A DNA stretch of 64,000 nucleotides from Clostridiales bacterium (GTDB lineage Bacteria > Bacillota > Clostridia > Christensenellales > DTU072): contig JAAZLE010000096.1 of NCBI GenBank assembly GCA_012799455.1, positions 15,479-79,478 of the forward strand, written 5' to 3'. The position numbers and the translations under genes are program-made. Under the pieces are notes generated by a model. It ran no database searches and had not been told where the DNA came from. It saw nothing but the letters and a program-made list of their open reading frames with translations. Positions 57,901 through 64,000 of the stretch are shown here, in pieces (position 1 is the stretch's first letter; every line of letters begins with the position of its first letter).

Positions 57901-58522
57901 CATAAACTGTAATATTATAAGGCATTAGTTCAAATACAGCAGTTATAACAACCGGACAAGGTAGCATTGTAAAAGAATAGTTTGTTCCATCTTCTTCAAT
58001 AATAATATCATTAGCACGTAATGAATCTGGTTTTAACATGTAACCCGGTTTAGGTGAGACTGAAACTATTATATTTCTACCTTTTGAAGCTTCTATTTTT
58101 TTATTGTCATCTGCTTGTATATTGATTACATTTATTGTGCCTTCGTCATATGAAACAATAGAAATAGTGTGGGGATAGGTTTCTACACTTTCCCATTTAG
58201 CAAAAACAGTTCGGCTTTCAACGGCTTTAAATAGTGCTATATTTAACTTGTCTGCTTCTTTGAAATTTAAATCTAAATACCATCCAATGAAGACATATCC
58301 ATCTTTAGTTGGTTCTTGTGATGGCAGTTTAATTTTATCATTTTGGTTTAATGTTATACTGACTGCAGAAACATTTCCAGGGAAAACTCCGCCGTTGGCA
58401 TTAAATGAAATTACAACCGCTTTAGAGAGGTGATTATTATTGTCGCACCCACCTATAAAGACAGCAAAACATATAATAAATGATACTAAAATGACTAAGA
58501 ATATTTTTTTATTTTTATCCAT
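54914..58522 (-). CDS. Large (1202 aa) surface lipoprotein with Listeria-Bacteroides/InlB-B-type repeats and C-terminal BspA-type leucine-rich repeats
   Basis: Lipobox VFIGGC after a signal helix. One Flg_new-type repeat (VISFNANGGVF...KDGYVFIGWYLD...VFAKWE). About eight divergent modules of ~80 aa end in xFxMPxxxVxIxAxF-like strands. The C-terminal repeats (FAFYDVPFLNEIMF, IGKFSFASMINLTRIY, IEDCAFDNTKNI) are BspA/LRR_5-like. Confidence 0.8.
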   Translation of the reverse strand: MDKNKKIFLVILVSFIICFAVFIGGCDNNNHLSKAVVISFNANGGVFPGNVSAVSITLNQNDKIKLPSQEPTKDGYVFIGWYLDLNFKEADKLNIALFKAVESRTVFAKWESVETYPHTISIVSYDEGTINVINIQADDNKKIEASKGRNIIVSVSPKPGYMLKPDSLRANDIIIEEDGTNYSFTMLPCPVVITAVFELMPYNITVYEQENVAINISKESARKGEQIYIDALPTLGYYVKKIYDLSKPDENILDFFIMPANPVVLAAEVIKINYNIKYDITIDEVINAQLKTAFTQASAGEYVPIEVICDEGFICDQIMINNCICTEKEGFVMPEEDVILKPIVNPINKDKLFNLIIQVKDSTGLITDIIIPTSKKESTFYEGEIINLNLSSLNKVTINNMLLNGVFVSGDSLVMPKQDSVLTITLSPRIYTITVSDTYSPKPSVSHSYATEGELIKLQLENIGSLAPDSVEFKYINLCSELYEEYDIELDGISDFSSSFYMPNFDIEIRAMPKHITSTNEYSITINQIGDGYIESNIKTARLNEVIKLEIIPAEGFGLFSLIIKHGPNYEEDVLISYEKDKNINKYFTQTNISFLMKNSNIIIDAFFKPIVIINAHEDSYFSIYPDKAITFEGESIKINIINRGESNMYTVSQLRYNDTEIINQEFVIPENMPIINLYYDKIPNKSNAILYRININNDNNYGEVSVISTSYSPGKLVKLKISENKGFKLKSLKLHKTSSLNDDGEYISDNFIMKNYDVTIIPEFVPIVFTSFSLINRYLKCAKELYTEYGVFLSYLNNYLALTEHFEEVENIEISPLFKHMEIVIYGQTNWGNKFYIINLNKLNLLNNTAQVLDKYFKYRYSNKYIKTDIIDNYIIVSIDGIPSEDYYLFKYGLFKDNKNKCILFKQPTGTYGVYNWTSNDVYISIPKDHSEDGVNYRIVDYLGKNSFINKQDIIKGIDLANIKELAPYSLSNLQITSLDLSSVTYLNSTALLGLNKNELYIVSNENPVFSQDNGVLFDKNKQTLVSYPAGAVNSSLYEVPITVIKIDDFAFYDVPFLNEIMFKGRGKLVKIGKFSFASMINLTRIYAETDRPMDNTANFTNINSLSGLFIEDCAFDNTKNIVNYMFTSLKELGNNSLYWDGESNITINLYDNINEVKVYNHVFNGCSLTGCDYRKLNILISRDKKDYYTNHNIWKLYLSN

Positions 58523-58530
58523 ATAATATG

Positions 58531-58540
58531 ATTATAACAA
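58531..58540 (-). promoter_or_regulatory. Extended -10 element ending 8 nt before the lipoprotein ATG (leaderless-type layout)
   Basis: The - strand reads TTGTTATAAT (TATAAT = 58536-58531), then CATATTAT and the ATG at 58522. No SD. Confidence 0.4.
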
Positions 58541-58567
58541 ATAATAAGTAATAATACATAAATAAGA

Positions 58568-60106
58568 TTAGTTTGGCATGCTTATAAGCTTTTGAAAAAG
58601 TTTTGCAGTAGCTAAGGCATCACTTAATGCTCTATGTGCATCATTGTTGGAAATATCAAATCTTTTACATAAACTTTCTAGGCTTACACCTTTAGTAATG
58701 TTTAATTTACGACGGGCTAAAAGCATAGTATCTTCAAAGGGATGATTAAAGTTATATGAATATTTTTTTGCATGGAAAGTAAGCATACCTAAATCAAAAC
58801 TTGCATTATGTGCAACAAGTATACAGCCATAACAAAATTTATAAAAGTCAGAAATCACATCACTAAAAGCAGGAGCGTTTTCTAACATGCTATCTACAAT
58901 ATTATTTACTTTACTAGCCTCTTCTGGCATGGGTATTTTCGGTTTTATAAGAGTCTCAAAAGATTCAATAATCAATCCCTTTTTAATTTTTACGGCACCT
59001 ATTTCTACTATTTCATCTTTTGTTTGATCTAATCCTGTAGTTTCTAAATCAAAAACAACATATATATTTGAATCATTAGTCATTTCTTGCATTTGGAAAA
59101 AATTACTCTGCACAGAATCTATGTAGGGCTGTGGAAAAACAATCGAATAATCAGTTGCAACTTTTTTATATGGAATCTCTGTAGATATACTCCCATAGTC
59201 TATCGTACAAAGGGCCATCCCTATTACTCTTAAAGAATTTCTATTATTAAACGCTTTTGAAAGTTTCCCTGTAATGACTATAGTTGGATCTTTTTCTAGA
59301 AATACATTCAATGAATCTTGTTGTTCTTTTGAATTTGAGAACCGAGTACAGTTCAGTGAATCTGTGCTATCATTTATAACAAATTCCGTTATGAATATCT
59401 CTTTTTCATTTTTAGAAATTTGTTTATTAATTATATTTGAAACTTTACCACATACAACAACATTGTTATCAAAATTAATATTATTGATATCCGATATATA
59501 AATTGGCTGGCGAGTAACATTTCCAAAGATTGCCTGTCCTTGCTGTATGTTTATTAGTCGAATTAACTTTTCAGCTTTAGAGCCAATGGATATTATTCTA
59601 TTTTGACTAGTTCTATGCTTCTTTGTGCCTATTACAATAACTTTGATATGTTCGATTATACTTTTTTCAAGCTCCTTTGGTAAGTGCTTATCTATTTCTG
59701 CTTCAAGTAATAATTGTTGTATATTCGGTGTTGTTTCTATTTTAATTTCTATATAGTCAGGATTTATAGACACCTGTATGTCTTGATTTTTAATTTGAGT
59801 GGCATATAGTTGGTGTCGCGAGTATAAATATCTGCTGACTTCTCCAATAATGAAACTTTCATCTGATATGGTCTTTTTAAACCTAACTTCAACGTGAGGT
59901 AAAAAACTAAATGTTTCAGAAGAAAAATTTTCTATATCTTTTATAAGTCCCTCATTTAATTTATCATCAAAATCTTTTGCCTTTACTAATAAAATTATCG
60001 TTATTCCTCCTTCTCTCGTATTAAATACTTCTGAACAAGCAAAAATATGATATTTATCAGGTAATGTTTTATTTAATAATTGTATAAACTTTGTTTCTTC
60101 TCTCAT
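58568..60106 (-). CDS. PolC-derived protein: PolC N-terminal domain, OB fold and DEDDh 3'-5' exonuclease, lacking PHP and polymerase domains
   Basis: 512 aa. Residues ~215-300 are PolC-OB-like (VVVCGKVSNIINKQISKNEKEIFITEFVINDSTDSLNCTRF...IVITGKL). Residues ~347-505 are the exonuclease (YVVFDLETTGL, VAHNASFD, HRALSDALAT), very close to the PolC proofreading domain. It lies directly after ispG, where polC sits in Clostridia. Confidence 0.75.
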   Translation of the reverse strand: MREETKFIQLLNKTLPDKYHIFACSEVFNTREGGITIILLVKAKDFDDKLNEGLIKDIENFSSETFSFLPHVEVRFKKTISDESFIIGEVSRYLYSRHQLYATQIKNQDIQVSINPDYIEIKIETTPNIQQLLLEAEIDKHLPKELEKSIIEHIKVIVIGTKKHRTSQNRIISIGSKAEKLIRLINIQQGQAIFGNVTRQPIYISDINNINFDNNVVVCGKVSNIINKQISKNEKEIFITEFVINDSTDSLNCTRFSNSKEQQDSLNVFLEKDPTIVITGKLSKAFNNRNSLRVIGMALCTIDYGSISTEIPYKKVATDYSIVFPQPYIDSVQSNFFQMQEMTNDSNIYVVFDLETTGLDQTKDEIVEIGAVKIKKGLIIESFETLIKPKIPMPEEASKVNNIVDSMLENAPAFSDVISDFYKFCYGCILVAHNASFDLGMLTFHAKKYSYNFNHPFEDTMLLARRKLNITKGVSLESLCKRFDISNNDAHRALSDALATAKLFQKLISMPN

Positions 60107-60121
60107 TTAAATCCTATTAAC

Positions 60122-61153
60122 TTATTTATCTTGAATAAATTGTTGTATTAAATTCTTTAATTCTCCAATTATAGAATCATTATCTATTGTCTTATAACGT
60201 TTTCCATCAATAAATAATAAAGATTTATTTTCCCCTGCACATATTCCAAAATCAGCATCCCCTGCCTCACCTATTCCATTTACAACACACCCCATAATAG
60301 CGATTTTTAGTGGTTTTTGTATATGTGAAACATAATTGTTAATTTCTTTCACAATGTTAATAATATTAATCTCTGTTCTTGCACATGTAGGACAAGAGAT
60401 TATGTCAACAAAATTTTTTCTTTTGCCTGTTGCTTTCAAAATATCTTTTGCTAGATCAACTTCCTTGATAGGATTGCCTGTTAGCGAAACTCTAATAGTG
60501 TCTCCAATATTGTCTGACAAAAGAGAACCAATTGCAATAGATGATTTAACCTCTGCGAGCTTACCGTATCCGGCTTCAGTTAAACCAATGTGTATAGGAT
60601 AAGGCATTTCATTATGTAATAATCTATTAGCCATTATTGTCGATTTAACATCCGATGCTTTTATTGAAACGACAATGTTATAAAACCGTTCTTTTTCTAA
60701 TAAATCTATGTTTTCTTTAGTATATGTTACTAAATCTTCTATAGCCATACTTTTATGAAAGGATCCTCGATTTACTCCGATGCGTATAACAGTCCCTCTA
60801 TCTCTAGCTTCACCAACAATGTTTGATAATGCCTTCCTAGGCATATTTGATGGATTTAGTCTAATTTTTGAAGCCCCTGCCAAAATCGCGCCTAAAGCCA
60901 TTTGTTCATCAAAATGTATGTCTGCAATTATGGGAATATTTTCACATAGGGAAATTATTTTCTTAAATTGAGTAAGTGATTCTTTATCAGGTATAGAAAC
61001 TCTAACCAAATCACAACCTGCTTTTGATAGTGCAAATATTTGCCGTAGCGTTGCGTCAATATCTTTCGTTTTCGTATTTGTCATAGACTGAATTCTAACA
61101 GGGTAATTATTCCCTAAAAAAACTTTTCCTATTTTAACAATTTTTCTATCCAT
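60122..61153 (-). CDS. ispG: 4-hydroxy-3-methylbut-2-en-1-yl diphosphate synthase
   Basis: 343 aa. TIM-barrel N-terminus (VRIQSMTNT, VRVSIP) and C-terminal 4Fe-4S cysteines (SCPTCART...GCVVNGIGE). Confidence 0.94.
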   Translation of the reverse strand: MDRKIVKIGKVFLGNNYPVRIQSMTNTKTKDIDATLRQIFALSKAGCDLVRVSIPDKESLTQFKKIISLCENIPIIADIHFDEQMALGAILAGASKIRLNPSNMPRKALSNIVGEARDRGTVIRIGVNRGSFHKSMAIEDLVTYTKENIDLLEKERFYNIVVSIKASDVKSTIMANRLLHNEMPYPIHIGLTEAGYGKLAEVKSSIAIGSLLSDNIGDTIRVSLTGNPIKEVDLAKDILKATGKRKNFVDIISCPTCARTEINIINIVKEINNYVSHIQKPLKIAIMGCVVNGIGEAGDADFGICAGENKSLLFIDGKRYKTIDNDSIIGELKNLIQQFIQDK

Positions 61154-61176
61154 AAAAATGCCCTATCATAAAGTAT

Positions 61177-62274
61177 CTAAATAAATTTTAACACATCTAT
61201 TAATATTGCCAATAATATAATAGCAAAAAATCCTATAGTATGTATTATCGCTTGCAGTTTTTTACTTACTGGTTTTTTTCTTATTATTTCAATGAAACAA
61301 AAAAGGATTCTTGCTCCGTCTAATGCAGGTATAGGTAATAAATTCATCACTGCAATATTCGCTGAGATTATTGCTATCGCATATAGTAATGTGGATATGC
61401 CAGCCCTACTGGCTTCAGTAATAACTTGTATTGTTGTAACTGGTCCTCCTAAGGCATTTAATCCGATTCCTCCGGTAAAAAGTCTACCTAAAATTTCAAA
61501 CACTTTATAGACCACGAAAAATATAAACGGAAAAGCACGTTCTAAACTTAATCCAAAAGAAATTTTTTGGATACTAACTGAGCCTACAAATCCAAAACCA
61601 TAATTAGTTTGTTCCTCTCCGTCTACTAATGTTGGGATAAACTGACCGTCTTCATCGAACTCACCTACCGTATAGTAATATTTATTTATGGTAATACGTT
61701 CTTTTTTACCATTTCTTAAAATTATCACGTCGGCAGTATCTTGAGATTTTTTTAGTAATGAAAAGGCATCATTTGCTTCTAAAATATTTAAGGTTCTTCC
61801 ATTAATCTTTAAAAAAACATCTCCTTTTCGAAGGGGGTTCGGTGAATCTGGGTTAATATGCTCTACTTTAAGCATTACTTGTCCAAAAATTGAAAAAAAT
61901 ATTGTAACTATAATCAAAGCTGATACTAGGTTCGATAAAGCTCCCGCAGATAATACAACAATTCGCTTCCAAGCAGGTTTATTATCAAAAGCTGTGGGGC
62001 TATCAGATTCTTCATCTTCACTTTCAAATTTACAAAATCCCCCAAGGGGAATTGGCCTAATAGAAAATAATTCACCATTTTTTTTGTTAACTCGTTTAAA
62101 AATAGGAGGTCCAAAACCTATTCCAAATTCTAAAATTTTGAACCCTAGAGCTTTTCCTGCTAAATAATGACCTAGCTCATGGATAACAATCATAAATGTA
62201 AGCGAGAGCAAGCCAAGAAGAATAAACCCTACTGTTTCTAATACATTTTTGAACTGTGAAAGAATAAAAACCAT
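61177..62274 (-). CDS. rseP: RIP metalloprotease RseP (M50 with PDZ domain)
   Basis: HELGHY zinc motif in TM1, a central PDZ-like segment (GDVFLKINGRTL) and NLLPIPALDG. Confidence 0.92.
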   Translation of the reverse strand: MVFILSQFKNVLETVGFILLGLLSLTFMIVIHELGHYLAGKALGFKILEFGIGFGPPIFKRVNKKNGELFSIRPIPLGGFCKFESEDEESDSPTAFDNKPAWKRIVVLSAGALSNLVSALIIVTIFFSIFGQVMLKVEHINPDSPNPLRKGDVFLKINGRTLNILEANDAFSLLKKSQDTADVIILRNGKKERITINKYYYTVGEFDEDGQFIPTLVDGEEQTNYGFGFVGSVSIQKISFGLSLERAFPFIFFVVYKVFEILGRLFTGGIGLNALGGPVTTIQVITEASRAGISTLLYAIAIISANIAVMNLLPIPALDGARILFCFIEIIRKKPVSKKLQAIIHTIGFFAIILLAILIDVLKFI

Positions 62275-62284
62275 AACAAAACTA

Positions 62285-63373
62285 TTAGCACCTCATATAA
62301 CTCTTAGATTCTATATACCTCTTTACATTATTAGCAATAGCATTAATATCTGAAACATCTGTTATAACCCCGCCTTGAAACTCATTTAAACATTTTTCAA
62401 TAATATCAGGTATATCGTAGAATCCAATTTTATTATTAAAAAAAAGTTCAACCGCAATTTCATCTGCAACGGCCATCACTGTGCCTTCTAAATCCCCCAT
62501 GTTTAAAACTTTTAATGCTAGTCCTAAACAAGGAAATCTTTCAAAATCGGGCTTCCCAAAAGTTAAAATCCCCAAATTAGAAAGATCTAAAGGTTTTGCC
62601 ATGCTTTCCACTCGTTTAGGAAATGTTAATGCATATTGTATTGGTATTGTCATGTCCGGATTAGACAACATGGCTTTCATAGAACCGTCTTTAAATTCAA
62701 CAAGCGAGTGTACAACACTTTCTTTATGAATTAATATATCTATATCATTCACTCCAAAAAGATGTTTTGCTTCAATCAATTCCATCCCTTTATTCATTAA
62801 TGTTGCACTATCTATAGTCACTTTTAATCCCATATTCCACGTTGGATGCTTAATTGCTTCATTCGAAGTCACTATTTCTAATTGCTCCGTCGTATAGCCT
62901 CTAAAGGGTCCTCCTGATGCAGTTAAAATTAGCTTTTTAATATTTGATAAGTCTTCTAAACATTGAAATATTGCCGAGTGTTCGCTGTCAACTGGAATGA
63001 TTGTTTTATTATTACGTGAGGCTATTTCCATTATTTTGGAACCATATGAAACTAAGCTTTCCTTGTTAGCCGTTGCGAGTTTTGCAGGGCTTTCCAAAAC
63101 TGCTATTGTTGGCAATAAACCGGCAAGTCCACTAATTCCATTTATAACAATATCACAACTAGTATATGTTTCAGAATAATTTAACATGGTAGTATCACCA
63201 TGTATGACCTGAGTAGGATTAAAATGAGATATTTGCTCGCTTAGTAATTTAATATTTCGTTTACACGCTAATAAGGTTACCTCGAATAAGTCCTCATGCG
63301 CTTTAATAACTTGAAGCGTTTGCGTTCCAATAGAACCAGTAGATCCAATTACTCCAACTCTAATTTTTCTCAT
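62285..63373 (-). CDS. dxr: 1-deoxy-D-xylulose 5-phosphate reductoisomerase
   Basis: GSTGSIGTQTL NADPH motif, ANKESLV, DSEHSAIFQC and LTASGGPFR motifs. Confidence 0.95.
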   Translation of the reverse strand: MRKIRVGVIGSTGSIGTQTLQVIKAHEDLFEVTLLACKRNIKLLSEQISHFNPTQVIHGDTTMLNYSETYTSCDIVINGISGLAGLLPTIAVLESPAKLATANKESLVSYGSKIMEIASRNNKTIIPVDSEHSAIFQCLEDLSNIKKLILTASGGPFRGYTTEQLEIVTSNEAIKHPTWNMGLKVTIDSATLMNKGMELIEAKHLFGVNDIDILIHKESVVHSLVEFKDGSMKAMLSNPDMTIPIQYALTFPKRVESMAKPLDLSNLGILTFGKPDFERFPCLGLALKVLNMGDLEGTVMAVADEIAVELFFNNKIGFYDIPDIIEKCLNEFQGGVITDVSDINAIANNVKRYIESKSYMRC

Positions 63374-63431
63374 AATATCCTCTAAACTTAAGCTTTAAAA
63401 ACTTTACAATTGATAGCAAAAAACAAATCCG

Positions 63432-64000
63432 TTAGCCAAAACTAGTAAAACTCATAAAGCATGCCATAAAAACAACTGCAACCATTAAACTATCCAATCT
63501 ATCAATTATACCACCGTGAGATCCTAAGACTTTACCAAAATCTTTAATGTTCATACATCTTTTGATTCTACTGGCTATTAAGTCACCAATTTCTCCAATG
63601 AGTCCTAAAGCAACACCAATTAATGGGAAAAATAGCCAAGGTTCGTATAGGTCACTAAATATTGCTACTCTATTCAATGGTATAGGTGCTAATTCAAACA
63701 TGGCATATACGATTATAGCACCAACAGCGCCACCTAATAGTCCCATAAAAAAACCGCTATAAGTTTTATTAGGACTAATTTTAGGAAAGATTTTAGGACC
63801 TTTAATTAAACTGCCGAAATAATAAGCAAAAGCATCAGCCATCATTGCCGAACCTACCGCTAGTAGTAATGGGATCATTCCAAATTGATTAATTAGCTGG
63901 AATGCTACTACTAACGGTAAAATTGGATAAAATAACAAAAACAATGATACAAGAAAATTATTAAATGTTACTCTTGTATCAAAAACATAAAATAAAAATA
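63432..64000 (-). CDS. cdsA: Phosphatidate cytidylyltransferase (5' end outside the window)
   Basis: Multi-TM protein with the C-terminal signature SRIKRCMNIKDFGKVLGSHGGIIDRLDS. The frame stays open to the window edge. Conserved cdsA-dxr-rseP order. Confidence 0.88.
   Translation of the reverse strand, partial: FLFYVFDTRVTFNNFLVSLFLLFYPILPLVVAFQLINQFGMIPLLLAVGSAMMADAFAYYFGSLIKGPKIFPKISPNKTYSGFFMGLLGGAVGAIIVYAMFELAPIPLNRVAIFSDLYEPWLFFPLIGVALGLIGEIGDLIASRIKRCMNIKDFGKVLGSHGGIIDRLDSLMVAVVFMACFMSFTSFG

Noticed and set aside
58568-60106. PolC-like ORF as a simple truncated polC pseudogene
   Set aside because: The ORF is intact, with a normal SD and a clean stop right after the exonuclease domain. 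The PHP segment that precedes the exonuclease in PolC is also missing, and no polymerase remnants follow. It is kept as a finding, not called a pseudogene, but assembly should be checked.
1-64000. CRISPR arrays, IS elements or transposases, restriction-modification systems, toxin-antitoxin pairs or other defence islands
   Set aside because: I could recognise none. Intergenic regions are short, no direct-repeat/spacer periodicity is visible, and every sizeable ORF has a housekeeping or surface-protein assignment.

Overview
AT-rich, code-11 chromosomal segment of a low-GC Firmicute (Clostridia-like gene order), made up almost entirely of housekeeping genes. I call 23 CDS on the + strand between 1 and 25,893: efp, nusB, xseAB, ispA, nadK, argR, recN, pheST, a NifS-like desulfurase with thiI, miaB, mutSL, miaA, a ynbB-like gene, a XerS-like recombinase, lexA and a PadR-membrane protein. 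I call 30 CDS on the - strand between 25,923 and 64,000: rnhA, proC, ispH-rpsA fusion, cmk, surE, rluB, scpAB, ribF, truB, rbfA, infB, nusA, rimP, rluD, lspA, ispG, rseP, dxr and cdsA, among others. The two blocks converge at about 25.9 kb, which looks like a replication terminus. Main non-routine items follow. (1) A ~570-nt structured RNA with its own promoter sits between ispA and a small membrane protein, which is the canonical context of OLE RNA and OapA. (2) A 34-bp near-perfect inverted repeat lies about 120 bp upstream of a XerS-like tyrosine recombinase and 3 kb from the strand switch, making it a candidate single-recombinase dif module. lexA and a translationally coupled membrane-tethered PadR protein lie immediately downstream. 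(3) A 512-aa PolC-derived protein (PolC N-terminal domain, OB fold and DEDDh exonuclease, with no PHP or polymerase domains) occupies the syntenic polC slot. (4) Two very large surface proteins are inserted into conserved operons: a 2796-aa GLUG/MBG-type tail-anchored adhesin and a 1202-aa lipoprotein with InlB-B-type repeats plus BspA-type LRRs. (5) Several genes have a TATAAT box 6-8 nt before the ATG with no SD, a leaderless-type layout. One tRNA-Trp is present. I found no CRISPR array, IS element or prophage. All calls rest on reading the sequence and ORF translations by eye; no database search was run.
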